From Candidatus Eiseniibacteriota bacterium (GTDB lineage: Bacteria > Eisenbacteria > RBG-16-71-46 > CAIMUX01 > VGJL01), in the NCBI GenBank assembly GCA_041946735.1, contig JBHGAY010000003.1:1-64000 (forward strand): a DNA stretch of 64,000 bases. The letters are read 5' to 3'. Shown piece by piece: positions 8,790 to 19,176 of this stretch (its first letter is position 1; each line of letters begins with the position of its first letter). Under the pieces are notes generated by a model. The model did no database searches. It was not told the origin of the DNA and saw only the letters and a program-made list of their open reading frames with translations. Both the position numbers and the translations under genes were made by a program.

Positions 8790-10604
8790 CTACTCGATCT
8801 TCTGCACGCGCCCCGTCAACGGCGTCGCCCCGGCATCGCCGGTCTCGACGCGGAAGAAGTAGATGCCGCTGCCGAGGGTGCGGCCGGCGTCGTCGCGCCC
8901 GCTCCACAGGACGCTTTGCGGTCCGGCGGAGAGAGAGCGAGGCGCCAAGCTCGCGACACGGCGGCCCGCCGCATCGAAGAAGAGGACGCGCGCCGCGCCC
9001 GCCTGCGGCATGTCGAAGCGGATCGCGACCTGCGAGTGGAACGGATTCGGATAGGCGCGCCCAGCGAAGGTGGGGGCGCTCGCGCCGCCCGCCTCCGGCA
9101 CGCCGGCGGCGAGCGCCAGGACGGCGGCGGAGGCCGGACCGAGGTTCGGCCGCGGGCCGATCAGCCGCGGGCCGTTCTGCGGCGTGCCCGTGTCGTGCAG
9201 GATCGAGCGCAGCTGCAGCGGTGTGAGCGGCCGGCCGGTCAGGGCGGCGAAGATCCCCTGGAGGCAGAGCGTGGAGCCGACGACCATCGGAGAGGCGCCC
9301 GAAGTCCCGCTGAACGCGGCTGTGTACTCCGTCTCGTAGCCGCCTCCGCTGTACAGGTCGCCATAGCCGGTCGAGACGATCGAGGAGCCCCAGCCCTGGA
9401 CGTCCATCCGGGTGCCGTAGTTCGTGAACCACTCGGCGTCGAGTCCGTTCGGCGTGCCGGCGCCGACCATGATCGCTCCCGAGTCCCGGACGTTGCGATC
9501 GAACAGGCCGCCCCAGCTCGCGTCATCGAGGTTCTGGCTGCCGTTCGCTCCCGCCTCGACGCAGACGACGCCGCGCGCCCACACGCTCGTCCAGATCACG
9601 TCGTAGTTCACCTGCAGGTACTCCATCGGCGTCGCGCTGTGGCCGGGAGGATACATCTGCAGCTCGATCAGCCAGACGCCCCCTTCGGGCAGATTGTCGA
9701 GGGCCTCCTGGAAGCGATGCGGGACGTTGGGCCACTCGGACTCGAGCACCGCCACGACGCCCCACTCGGTGTCGGCCGCGAATCCGTTCACCCCGTAAGC
9801 ATTGTGCATCCCGATCACCTCGCCGAGCACGGCCGTCCCGTGGTCGATGTAGGCGGGGTTCGTGCTCTGGCCCGCGCCGCCGACGTGGAACAGCTTCGCC
9901 TGATCGAAGTCCTCGTGCTGCTCCGTCCAGGCGAGCTCGACGTCGATGAACTTCTGGCCGGCCCCCTTGCCTCCGGGGAGCGCCCAGGCGGCGGCAGCGT
10001 CGAACCCGGTCGGCGGGGCGTAGAGGTATCCCTGCTGGCCGGTGAAGTCCGGGGTGCGGAGATCGCGGGGAGCGTTCGCCCGGGTCGCGAGCCCGGCGGG
10101 CGCGACGGTGGCGGACGCGGCGGGAAGGGCCGCAGGCTCGACGATCGGCGCGGGGTGCGCGATCTCGACCTGCGGCAGCGCGTTCAGCTCGTTGATCGCG
10201 CGCGCCAGCTCCGCCTTCCCGGCCGCGATCCGGACGTCGAACCAGAGCGAGAGATCGGGGCCGACGGCGCCGCTCTTCGCTTCGCCCGCGGCCTTCCAGG
10301 CGCGGACGGTGGCGCGGTCCCACGTGAACGTCGGCCGGATCTCGAGGGCGCTCGCGCGGGCGAGCGCGGCGCGGACGGGGGAGAGGTCGAGCCGGTCGTC
10401 CTCCAACCGCCCGCTCTCCAGGCGGACGTTCGATCCCTCGACGAACTTCACGTGAAGCCATTGGCCATCGAAGCGATCCAGGTCGGCCGCCGTCCACGAA
10501 TGAATCGGTCCGACCGGGCGGGCCGTGTCGCGCGCATGGCAGACGCGGGCGGACGTCACGCCGAGCGCGAGCAGGAGGACGAGCAGATACGGGATGCGAG
10601 TCAT
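8790..10604 (-). CDS. S8 (subtilase) serine peptidase with CTD
   Basis: Signal peptide and prodomain; catalytic D (FIDVE), H (DHGTAV), N (AGANG) and S (SGTSGASP); PNPF...WSGRDDAG...SGIYF. Confidence 0.92.
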   Translation of the reverse strand: MTRIPYLLVLLLALGVTSARVCHARDTARPVGPIHSWTAADLDRFDGQWLHVKFVEGSNVRLESGRLEDDRLDLSPVRAALARASALEIRPTFTWDRATVRAWKAAGEAKSGAVGPDLSLWFDVRIAAGKAELARAINELNALPQVEIAHPAPIVEPAALPAASATVAPAGLATRANAPRDLRTPDFTGQQGYLYAPPTGFDAAAAWALPGGKGAGQKFIDVELAWTEQHEDFDQAKLFHVGGAGQSTNPAYIDHGTAVLGEVIGMHNAYGVNGFAADTEWGVVAVLESEWPNVPHRFQEALDNLPEGGVWLIELQMYPPGHSATPMEYLQVNYDVIWTSVWARGVVCVEAGANGSQNLDDASWGGLFDRNVRDSGAIMVGAGTPNGLDAEWFTNYGTRMDVQGWGSSIVSTGYGDLYSGGGYETEYTAAFSGTSGASPMVVGSTLCLQGIFAALTGRPLTPLQLRSILHDTGTPQNGPRLIGPRPNLGPASAAVLALAAGVPEAGGASAPTFAGRAYPNPFHSQVAIRFDMPQAGAARVLFFDAAGRRVASLAPRSLSAGPQSVLWSGRDDAGRTLGSGIYFFRVETGDAGATPLTGRVQKIE

Positions 10605-10717
10605 GTACCCCTCCGGGATGCAGGTGGAAGCCAAACGACGTCGCTAGAGGCGGAAGAAACCGCATCGATGGTACCACGGAGCGGCGGGCGGGCGGGAGCG
10701 GGCTTCCGAGCCGCGCT

Positions 10718-12505
10718 TCAGCGAATCTTCACCGCCCGTGCGGCGGGCGGCGGGATCCCGGCATCGGTCTCGACGCGCAGCAGATAGAGCCCGCTGGCCG
10801 CCTCACGGCCGGCATCGTCGCGGCCATCCCATGCGAGCGTTCGCGGGCCGGCGCGGAGCGGGCCGTGGAACGGCTGGGCGATCCTCCGTCCGGAGGAATC
10901 GAGGACGCGCAGATCGACCCCCGCGTCGCGCGCGAGCCAGAACCGGATCGTGAGACCGGAGCGGAATGGATTGGGGGAGGCGAGCAGGCGTGCGACCGGG
11001 GGAGCGGGGAGCGAGTCGGCCGGAAGGAGCGAGGGGTCGAGCGTGGCGGGGATCGCCGCTGCCAGGTTCGGCCGCGGGCCGATCGGGAGCGGCCCCGCGT
11101 GCGGAGTGCCGGTCTCGCGGAGGATCGCGCGCAGCCGGATCGGGTCGAGTGGAGCGCCGCGCCACGCGCGGTAGGCCGAAGCGGCGCAGAGGGCGGCGCC
11201 GCTGACCATCGCCGCGGCGCCCGAAGTCCCGTTGAACGTGGCGGTGTACTCGATCTCCGGGGAGCCGAGCCCGTGGAGATCGCCGAAGCCGGTCGTCACG
11301 ATCTGCGAGCCCCAGCCGTGCAGGTCCACGCGGCTTCCGTGGTTCGTGAACGACTCGGCGGTGAGATCGGCGGGCTTGCCGGCCGCGACCAGGATCGCGC
11401 CGGAGTCGCGGATGTGGCGGTCGAAGAGGCCTTCCCAGGAGGGATCGTCGAGGTCCTGGCCCCCATTGCCGGCCGCCTCGACGACCGCGATGCCGAGCCC
11501 GTAGACGATCGTCTCGATCGCGTCGTAGTTCGCCTGCAGCCACTCGATCGGCGTCGCGCCGCGCCCATCGGGGAACATCTGGAGCTCGACCAAGAGGAGA
11601 TCGCCCGGGCGGAGCTGGGTCGCCGCTTCGAGTAGGCGATCGGCGGCGAAGGGATGCTCGGCCGGCGCCAGAGCCTCCACGCCCCACGAGGCGCGCGGCG
11701 CGAAGCCGTCAATGCCGCGGCCGTCGTGCTTCGCGATCACGATGCCGAGGTCGGCCGTCCCGTGGTCCGAGTAGAGCGGGAGGCCGTCCTGCGGCGCGCC
11801 TCCGTCGAAGAAGAGGAGGTCGGGATCGAAGTCGACGTGCTCCTCCGTCCAGGCGACCTCGACGTCGACGATCCGCGCGCCGTCGCCGTCGCCGCCGGGC
11901 AGCCACCATGCGGCGGGAGCGTCGAGGCCGAGCGGAGCGGCGTAGAGGTATCCCTGCCTCGGGGAGAAGTCGGGGATCTCCGCGGCTGGCGCGGTTCGCG
12001 AGCGCGCCGCCGGTGCCGTTGCGCCGGCGGGACGTGCGATGCCGGCCGGGTGCGCGATCTCGACGACGTCGAGCCGGTTCAGCTCGCGAAGCAGCCGTGC
12101 GGCGGCGTCCGGACCGCCTGCTCGGTCCAGGCGCAGATCGAACCAGAGGGAGAGGTCGGGCAGCGGGCGCTTCGTCGCCGAGCGCATCGCGCGCAGCGTT
12201 GCACGATCGGCCGAGAAGCTCGGCCGGACCTCGACGACGCCGTACCGTTCGAGGACGGCGCGCAGGCGCGAGAGATCGAATCGGTCGTCGACCAGCCGTC
12301 GGTCCTCGACACGCGCCTCGGATCCCTCGATCAGCTTCACCTGGATCCAGGAGGGATCGAAGCGCGCCGGATCCAGATCGGCGGCCTCCCAGCGGACCCG
12401 AGGCCCGACCGTCCGCGCGAGGCAGGAGGTGACCGCGAGCGGCGTCGCATGGCACGCCACGAGCAGAATCGCGACGGCCGCCGTCCTGTAGATCTTGCGG
12501 GACAT
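10718..12505 (-). CDS. S8 (subtilase) serine peptidase with CTD, paralog of 8790..10604
   Basis: IVDVE, DHGTAD, AAGNG and NGTSGAAA motifs; PNPF...WDGRDDAG...SGLY. Start MSRKIY at 12505. Confidence 0.9.
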   Translation of the reverse strand: MSRKIYRTAAVAILLVACHATPLAVTSCLARTVGPRVRWEAADLDPARFDPSWIQVKLIEGSEARVEDRRLVDDRFDLSRLRAVLERYGVVEVRPSFSADRATLRAMRSATKRPLPDLSLWFDLRLDRAGGPDAAARLLRELNRLDVVEIAHPAGIARPAGATAPAARSRTAPAAEIPDFSPRQGYLYAAPLGLDAPAAWWLPGGDGDGARIVDVEVAWTEEHVDFDPDLLFFDGGAPQDGLPLYSDHGTADLGIVIAKHDGRGIDGFAPRASWGVEALAPAEHPFAADRLLEAATQLRPGDLLLVELQMFPDGRGATPIEWLQANYDAIETIVYGLGIAVVEAAGNGGQDLDDPSWEGLFDRHIRDSGAILVAAGKPADLTAESFTNHGSRVDLHGWGSQIVTTGFGDLHGLGSPEIEYTATFNGTSGAAAMVSGAALCAASAYRAWRGAPLDPIRLRAILRETGTPHAGPLPIGPRPNLAAAIPATLDPSLLPADSLPAPPVARLLASPNPFRSGLTIRFWLARDAGVDLRVLDSSGRRIAQPFHGPLRAGPRTLAWDGRDDAGREAASGLYLLRVETDAGIPPPAARAVKIR

Positions 12506-12516
12506 CGCCCTCGAGG

Positions 12517-14841
12517 CTACTCCGCGATCGTCAGTCCCAGGAACGGTACGATCGGGATCCCGCCGACAACATCGCGCTCGTCCAGGTCGTCGTTCCACTC
12601 GATCGAGGTGGTGTTCGTCCGGTTCGTGACGTTCAGGACCTCGAGGAAGGCGCAGCCGTTGCGCCCGAAGAGGTGGATCGTTCGCTCGAAGCGCAGGTCG
12701 AGGCGCGCGTAGGGCGCCATCCGCGCGGAGAGCGGACGGCCCCACAAGGGCACGACGACCTCCTCGCCGCTGTCCCACGGCGTCAGCCGTCCGACGAGCG
12801 GGGTGTACGGCGCGCCGCTCGTCGCCCGGAACGTCGCGATGAACCAGGAGGACGATCCGGCGGGCAGCCGCACGTTGGCGAGGAAGCTGTGCGTCCGCTC
12901 GGTCGAGACCGGGGTGCCGGACGGGAAGACGCCTCCCTCGAAGCGGCTGCGAAGCCACCCGTGGGCCAGGCGCGCCTCCATCTTGCGGAAGAGGCTACCC
13001 TGGCCGCCGTCGATGGCCGGCACGAGCCGCACCTCCGCCTCGATGCCGCGCGCGTGGGCGCGTCCGTTCGAGACCGCCTCGTACGTCTCGCGGTCCGCCG
13101 GAACGAGAAGGTCCTCGGTCGTCCGGTCGTAGGCCTCGACGTCCCATCGAAAACGGCCTGCTCCGCCGCTCAGCCCGGCGCTCGCCAGGAAGGCGCGCTC
13201 GGGACGGAGGTCCTTCGCCGAGGAGATGACGAGCGTCGCTTCGCGCGAGAACCCCTGCACGCCGTCCGCGTACTGCAGGAACAGGCCGGTCCCGAGGCGG
13301 GCGTGAAGGCCGTGCGGCAGCTCGCCGCGCAGCGCCACGCGCGGACTCGCCTGCAGCGGCGTCGGACCGCCGGTGTCGTCGAAGCGGATTCCGGGTGACA
13401 GGTACCAGCCGTCGCGCAGGGCGGTCACGTCCTCGAGATAGAACGCGCGGTAGGTGAGATCCCCGTCGATGTCGATCGAGGCGGGACGGGGGAACGGGTC
13501 GGGATTCGGGTCGTGGGTCTTGCTCCAGACGGTCCGGCACGAGTACCGGTCGATCTGTCCCCCGATGCGGACGACGTGAGGGGACGTGACGACCTCCAAC
13601 TCCTGCGAGAGGGAGAAGCGGTTGGAGCGGATGCTCCCGTCCGCCCAGACGACGTCACCCTCCTCGTTGTGGATCTCGATGCGGTTTCGGTCGTGCAGCC
13701 CCGCGAAGCGCGTCGTCAGGCTCGTCCGCCGCCCGAGCGCCCAGCGGTGCTCGATCGACCCGGTGGTCGTGCCGCATCCGGCGTCGGTCACCACCTCGCC
13801 GGTGTCGCTCTCGTCGGGAAGGATCAGGTTCACCCCTTCGTCGCTTCCCGAAGCTCGGAGCGTCAGCCTGTGGCCGGGCGCCAGATCCCAATCGATTCGC
13901 CCTTGCCCTTCCTGCAGGAACGGGTACTGCCGCCCCTCGCCGGCGGGCGGATGGATGAAGAGGTCGTAGTAGGTGCGGCGGGCCCCGACGATCCAGCTCC
14001 CCGAGCCGCCGGGAAGCGGCCCTTCGATCGCGCCCGACGCGGCGAGCAGCGAGAGGGTGCCGCGGCTGCGCAGATGGTTGCGGTCCCCCTCACGCGTGCG
14101 GAGGTGGACCATCCCCGAGGTGCGGTTGCCGTAGCGGGCGGAGAAGCCGCCCGCATACAGCTCGACCGATTCGACGACGTCGGGATTGGCGAGCGACAAG
14201 CCGCCCCCGAGGACGATCCGCAGGCGGTACGGGTTGTACGCGTCGAAGCCATCGACGAGGAACAGCACCTGATCCGGCTCGCCGCCCCGGATCGAGAGGA
14301 TCGTGGCGAACTCGTTCATCGACTCGACCGAGCGGCTCTCCGACAGCACCCGCACCGGATCCTGGAAGCCGCCCGGCGCCCGTCGGATCTCGGAGTCGAG
14401 GAGCCGCCTCGTCGGGGGCCGGGCGATATCGGTGGGGACCCGTTCACCGCGCACCTCCACCGTCGGCACGCGGTAGAGCTGCGGCTCGATCCGGATCGTG
14501 AGCGCGGCGCGCGCCGTCCCCTCGTGGAGCGATACACGCTCCCATGCGGACGCTTCGTAGCCACCCGCGAGCGCGCGCACTCGGTAGGAGCCGGCCGCCG
14601 GGACGGTCAGGCGGAAGCGGCCGAGAGAGTCGACGAAGCCGACGTAGGAGATCTCCTCGACCTCGATGCGGGCCGCGGGGACAGGCCGCTCCGTCAGCCG
14701 ATCGAGGACGAGGCCCTCGATCTCGAACGACGGCGGATGCGGATCGGCGGCCTGGGCGCCGCGCGAGACGAGAAGCGAGAGCGCGAAGACCGCGAAAGTA
14801 AGCGCTCGAAGTGCAGCGCGAGAGGAGGCGACCCGCTTCAC
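12517..14841 (-). CDS. TonB-dependent receptor with N-terminal carboxypeptidase-regulatory-like domain
   Basis: IEGLVLD...DSLGRF N-domain; plug (IRGG, VELYAGGFSARYGNRTSG); barrel with SPRVAL and EVLNVTN. GTG start overlaps the upstream stop. Confidence 0.88.
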   Translation of the reverse strand: MKRVASSRAALRALTFAVFALSLLVSRGAQAADPHPPSFEIEGLVLDRLTERPVPAARIEVEEISYVGFVDSLGRFRLTVPAAGSYRVRALAGGYEASAWERVSLHEGTARAALTIRIEPQLYRVPTVEVRGERVPTDIARPPTRRLLDSEIRRAPGGFQDPVRVLSESRSVESMNEFATILSIRGGEPDQVLFLVDGFDAYNPYRLRIVLGGGLSLANPDVVESVELYAGGFSARYGNRTSGMVHLRTREGDRNHLRSRGTLSLLAASGAIEGPLPGGSGSWIVGARRTYYDLFIHPPAGEGRQYPFLQEGQGRIDWDLAPGHRLTLRASGSDEGVNLILPDESDTGEVVTDAGCGTTTGSIEHRWALGRRTSLTTRFAGLHDRNRIEIHNEEGDVVWADGSIRSNRFSLSQELEVVTSPHVVRIGGQIDRYSCRTVWSKTHDPNPDPFPRPASIDIDGDLTYRAFYLEDVTALRDGWYLSPGIRFDDTGGPTPLQASPRVALRGELPHGLHARLGTGLFLQYADGVQGFSREATLVISSAKDLRPERAFLASAGLSGGAGRFRWDVEAYDRTTEDLLVPADRETYEAVSNGRAHARGIEAEVRLVPAIDGGQGSLFRKMEARLAHGWLRSRFEGGVFPSGTPVSTERTHSFLANVRLPAGSSSWFIATFRATSGAPYTPLVGRLTPWDSGEEVVVPLWGRPLSARMAPYARLDLRFERTIHLFGRNGCAFLEVLNVTNRTNTTSIEWNDDLDERDVVGGIPIVPFLGLTIAE

Positions 14842-15866
14842 CGGTCGTCCTGGATCTTGTGCAGCACGAGCCCTTGCCCCGTCGGGTTGGTGAAGACCCA
14901 GCGGCCGTCGGGCGTGAGGTCGTAGTCGGAGACGGTGGTGGCGAAGATCGGGAACCGCTCGCCGGTCGCTCGCCGCAAGGCGATGAGATGATGGAACCGG
15001 TCGAGGTACATCAGTCCCTCCTCGTTGCCCGCCGCTGTCCAGAACGTAGGGATCGTGCCGTCGACCATCTCGATCAGGCGGGGGGGAGCCTCGTCGATCG
15101 CGCACAGGAGCACCCAGCGGACGCCATCGATGTCCCTCCCTTCCTGGCACAGCACCCTTCCGGAGGGATCGACGGCAGCGCGCCCGCCCAACCACTGCGG
15201 AAAGCCGGCCTTGATGTCGACCGCCACCGGTCGGATCGCCTGCGTCGTCGCGTCGCAGGCATAGACGCCGCGGCCGACCGGTCCGTCCGCCCCGAACAGG
15301 AACTCCTGCGCGTCGAGCCATCGAGGCGCCCCGGTCGCCCGATATCCACTCGGAAGCTGCACGAGCAGGTGGCTCCCCGACGCGGGGCGGATGAGCAGAA
15401 CCGAGTAGGAGTCGTTCCCATTCCATGCGATCAGGTCGCCGGCGGGCGAGATGTCGAGCGATTCCATCGCGATCGAGGACACATAGAGGGTGTCGGTCCG
15501 TAGGAGCGCGCGGTCGCGACGCAGGAGGAGATAGGGTGGATGGGGCACTCCCAACGCGTGCCGCCACCAGGCGAGAAACCGCGTGTCGTCCGAGAGCGTC
15601 GGACTGGCGTCGATCTCCCCCGCCGGGGCCTGGATCCTTTCGTCCTCGTCGTCGTTCCCCCCGGGATAGAGAAGGCTCGAGTCTTCCCGGCAGGAAAGCA
15701 GCAGCAGCGCCGCGGCGGCGAGGGCGGAGGCGATGGTTGCGACGCGGGCGAGCGCCGGGCGGGCGAGCTCCGGGAAAGGGAACGCCGGGCGTGAAGGCGC
15801 CGGGCGTGCGAGCGCCGGGCCGGCCACGCCGCTAGAACCCGAGAAGGACGGATCGCGCCGCCGCAC
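14838..15866 (-). CDS. Lipoprotein with TolB-like/beta-propeller repeats (start uncertain)
   Basis: Lipobox LLLLSC; propeller-type motifs SPTLSDD, ISPAGDLIA and LTPDGRWVF; coupled to the TBDR. Confidence 0.65.
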   Translation of the reverse strand: MRRRDPSFSGSSGVAGPALARPAPSRPAFPFPELARPALARVATIASALAAAALLLLSCREDSSLLYPGGNDDEDERIQAPAGEIDASPTLSDDTRFLAWWRHALGVPHPPYLLLRRDRALLRTDTLYVSSIAMESLDISPAGDLIAWNGNDSYSVLLIRPASGSHLLVQLPSGYRATGAPRWLDAQEFLFGADGPVGRGVYACDATTQAIRPVAVDIKAGFPQWLGGRAAVDPSGRVLCQEGRDIDGVRWVLLCAIDEAPPRLIEMVDGTIPTFWTAAGNEEGLMYLDRFHHLIALRRATGERFPIFATTVSDYDLTPDGRWVFTNPTGQGLVLHKIQDDR

Positions 15867-18444
15867 GTCCTCCTCCTTCGATTTTCAAGAAGTAGATGCC
15901 GCGCGCGATCCGCCGGCCGAAGGGGGCGGCCGCGACCGGGAAGTCGACCCAGCGACCGCCCGCGACCTCTTCCATCCGGCTCCACAGCCTGCGGCCTGCG
16001 ACGTCGACGAGGGTGAGCCGGACTCGATCCGTCTCGGCGAGGCGAAGGCTCACGCGGGGTGGCTGACCGGGCGCCGCGGGCGACACGAGCCGCACCCAAT
16101 CGGGAGCCGCACCGCGGCCGGCGCCATCCGGGCCACGAAAGATCGGGTTCCAGTGGACGCGGACCTTGTCCCGGCAGAGCACGGCGAGATCGAGGTCTCC
16201 GTCGCCATCGAGATCCTCCCACCCCGGATAGGCCGCGGACTCGACCTGGCAGTACTCGCTCTCTTCGGGAGCGAGCAGGAAGTGGCGCGGGTAGCCCAGG
16301 GGATCCAGGATCAGGTGGACTGTCGAGCCGCTCAGGATCACGTCCATCGTTCCGTCGCTGTCGACGTCCTGGACGGAGGCGATCCTGCTGACGTCGGTGA
16401 CGTCGAGCTGAAGAATCCAGCGGGTGGTCACGAGATTCGTGGAGTCGTATTCCGCAGCCAGCAGTCCGGCCGGAGTCAGGACCAGAAGCTCCTGCCGCTC
16501 GTCCCCGTCGAGATCCGCTGCGAGGCTCGAGGCATAATTGCGCCATGTTTCGGGGACGCCCCAGCGGCCGGTGATTCCGCCGGCGGCGAGGTCCGCATGG
16601 ACCATGACGAGTTCTCTCCAGTTACGGTCCACGAGAAGCTCGTCGGCTCCATCGCCGTCCATGTCCCAGGAGTCGCGCAGCCACCCGACCGGTTCCCAGG
16701 AGCGCAGGACGATGCCGCCATCGCTCCACTGCGCGACGATCATCTCCGCGTAGGTGCTCAGGATCGCCTCGTCGATCCCGTCCCCATCGAGGTCCGCGAC
16801 GATCAGTCTTCCTATCAAGCCGTCATTCTCCTCGAGATCGATCGTGACTGCCCCTGCGTCGTCGAGCCGCCATTCCTTCCAGACGAAGAATCGGAGAGTG
16901 AGGGCACGTTCCTCCTCCTCAAGAACGGCGACATCCACGCCACCGCCGGGCACCAGGTTTCCGCATGCGACGGCCGACTGGGCGTGGGCGTAGGGCGAGG
17001 ATCCGGCGAACGGGACGGGTCGATCGAACCACGGCGGGCGAGGCAGGCCACGGGCGAGGGCGAATGACTCCACCTCGCCGTCCTTGTGAACCACGAGGTC
17101 GTTCCGGCCATCGCCGGTCACGTCTGCGACGCGCAGCGGAAGGAGGGCCCCATCGGAGGCGCCAGCCGTCTCGGCGGGCCGCCATCTCTCCTCGGGGATC
17201 GACCAGAGGTGAACCAGGTCGTGCACGAGGAGATCGAGACCGCCGCCGGCTGTCTGCAGGAACCCGTCGAGGAGGAGGCCGTGGCTCGGCAGCCAGCCGA
17301 TCGACGTGGCGTGACCGGACCGGTCGATCCGCGCGACATGGATCCCCTCGTTGTCCTCGCCGCCGAGCCCGAGGAGGACATCGCCGTCGGGGAGGAGATG
17401 CTGGCGAACGTTGGACACCGCGAACCGCGCGCCTTCCGGCAGATCGGCGATCGCGATCTCTTTCCAGCGATAGCTCCGCGTCGCTCGATCGGTCTCGAAA
17501 TGCCACAGGCCGTCGCGCCCCGGATTCACGCTCCACAGCTCGAAACGGTCCCCTCGATCGACGGCGAAAGGATAGAGAACGGCCGGCGCTGGGAAGGACC
17601 ACTCCTCGCCCAGCCCGAAGTCCTCGATCGATCGCGCGAGCCAGAACGAAGAGGTGTCGGACCAGCAGCGGAACAGGGCGTTCGGCGGATCGGTCGAGAG
17701 ATCGAGGCCGACCCAGCCGAAGCTCTCCCCGACGTCCTCCCGCCACAGTTCCGTCCAGGCGGAGCCGGGGCGCCGGGCATCGATCAGGCGGCAGAGGCAC
17801 GCGCCCGCCTTCGTTTGGTACCACTGGAGCAGTTTCCCCGACGCGTCGGGAAAGGGGACATCGTATCCGTAGGAGTAGGAGTCGGGATACGGGAACGTCT
17901 GCGTCAGCTCGAAGCTCCGATCCGCCCTCTGCCGCCACATTCTCGTGCCGTTCGCCCAATGTCCGAGGAGATCCTCGAGGCCGTCGCCATCCAGATCGAC
18001 GACGATCGCGCTGCCGCCGAGGACGTCGGCGAAACCTCCGAGGCAGTCCCAGCCCTCTCCCGAGGGAGATCGCGCGAGCACCGCCCGATAGTCGAGGAGG
18101 ACTTCGCCGTTCAGGAATCCGGGGCCGGCGATGACGTCACTGATGCCGTCCCCGCCTAAGTCGACGACGAGAGGGGGCATGTTGCTGGGGACCACCAGGA
18201 TCGGCTTCCGGAGCCCGGGGACCGCATGGATCGTCGAGGTGACGCCCGACGCGCCGGAGAGTGCGGCGGAGCTGCCGAGCAGGAGAAGAAGGAGCAGGGG
18301 GAGGTGGAGGAGCGGGAGAACGCGAAGCTGCAACGGCGCCAAAGGCACCGGGCGCCGCAACGCCGGCGCCGCGTTCCGCTCCTTGTCGCGATCGATCCGC
18401 GTCATCCGCACCGCTCCCCGCAGGCTCGAGAAGAACAACCGCAT
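15832..18444 (-). CDS. FG-GAP/VCBS-repeat protein with degenerate CTD (start may be 18405)
   Basis: Many DLDGDG/DVTGDG/DMDGDG motifs; hydrophobic signal region; C-terminal LVDVAGRR...RGIYFLKI. Confidence 0.8.
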   Translation of the reverse strand: MRLFFSSLRGAVRMTRIDRDKERNAAPALRRPVPLAPLQLRVLPLLHLPLLLLLLLGSSAALSGASGVTSTIHAVPGLRKPILVVPSNMPPLVVDLGGDGISDVIAGPGFLNGEVLLDYRAVLARSPSGEGWDCLGGFADVLGGSAIVVDLDGDGLEDLLGHWANGTRMWRQRADRSFELTQTFPYPDSYSYGYDVPFPDASGKLLQWYQTKAGACLCRLIDARRPGSAWTELWREDVGESFGWVGLDLSTDPPNALFRCWSDTSSFWLARSIEDFGLGEEWSFPAPAVLYPFAVDRGDRFELWSVNPGRDGLWHFETDRATRSYRWKEIAIADLPEGARFAVSNVRQHLLPDGDVLLGLGGEDNEGIHVARIDRSGHATSIGWLPSHGLLLDGFLQTAGGGLDLLVHDLVHLWSIPEERWRPAETAGASDGALLPLRVADVTGDGRNDLVVHKDGEVESFALARGLPRPPWFDRPVPFAGSSPYAHAQSAVACGNLVPGGGVDVAVLEEEERALTLRFFVWKEWRLDDAGAVTIDLEENDGLIGRLIVADLDGDGIDEAILSTYAEMIVAQWSDGGIVLRSWEPVGWLRDSWDMDGDGADELLVDRNWRELVMVHADLAAGGITGRWGVPETWRNYASSLAADLDGDERQELLVLTPAGLLAAEYDSTNLVTTRWILQLDVTDVSRIASVQDVDSDGTMDVILSGSTVHLILDPLGYPRHFLLAPEESEYCQVESAAYPGWEDLDGDGDLDLAVLCRDKVRVHWNPIFRGPDGAGRGAAPDWVRLVSPAAPGQPPRVSLRLAETDRVRLTLVDVAGRRLWSRMEEVAGGRWVDFPVAAAPFGRRIARGIYFLKIEGGGRAAARSVLLGF

Positions 18445-18516
18445 CGATTCTATCGGAATCCGCGCGGAGGGGCGAGCTTCCAGCGCTGCGGCGAGCTTCC
18501 AACCCAGCGGCGAGCT

Positions 18517-19176
18517 TCAGAGCCGGGCGAGGCGCGAGAGCACGCGGGCATCGGTCGGGAAGGCGAGCGGCAGGCCGGGTGCGGCCGGGTCGACGAAGCG
18601 GAGCGCGTCGGCGTCGTCGCCGGCGCGCAGAGTCCCGCCGCGCGGCTCGGCGCGGAACCAGATGCCGACCGTCTGGCGGTCCGGATCGTGGAAGTTCGAC
18701 TCGACGGCGAAGGGATTGCCCACGGCGACGAGGAGTCCCGTCTCTTCGGCCACCTCGCGGGCGAGCGCCTCCCGCACCTCCTCGTCGTACTCCACGTAGC
18801 CGCAGGGCAAGCACCAGAGCCCGGAGCCGAAGGCGACGCGCGCGCGTCGCACGAGCAGGACGCGCGAGCGTGCGCCGCCCTGCTCCGGCGCGTCGCCGCC
18901 GGTCGGCGGGCTGCCGCCGGTCGCCTGCTCGATCGCCGCGGTCCCCACGATCGCGGCGACCGCCGCTTCTTCGAGGATCGCGGCGACGCCGACCGCCGGG
19001 TTCCGATACTGCACGAAGCCGCAGGCGGGGCAGGTGGGACGGAAGCGGCCCTGCCTCTCGCGCGCCTCGAGCCGCCCGCCGCACCGCGGGCAGAAGCGGA
19101 AGAGGCTGGCGCCGGTCGATCGCGGGCGGCGCGGGCTTCGGTCGTCCTTTTCGTCGTCGCTTCGGTCGTCGCTCAC
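18517..19176 (-). CDS. NUDIX hydrolase with N-terminal zinc ribbon
   Basis: FCPRCG...CPACGFVQYRNP; Nudix box GYVEYDEEVREALAREVAEETGL; LAFPTD. GTG start overlaps the rhomboid stop. Confidence 0.9.
   Translation of the reverse strand: MSDDRSDDEKDDRSPRRPRSTGASLFRFCPRCGGRLEARERQGRFRPTCPACGFVQYRNPAVGVAAILEEAAVAAIVGTAAIEQATGGSPPTGGDAPEQGGARSRVLLVRRARVAFGSGLWCLPCGYVEYDEEVREALAREVAEETGLLVAVGNPFAVESNFHDPDRQTVGIWFRAEPRGGTLRAGDDADALRFVDPAAPGLPLAFPTDARVLSRLARL

Noticed and set aside
6671..10787. Long Arg/Pro/Ala-rich alternative-frame and antisense ORFs (e.g. 6671..8641, 6817..8862, 8607..10787, and many similar ones across the window)
   Set aside because: They have no motifs, overlap well-supported genes, and are expected where stop codons are scarce in high-GC DNA.
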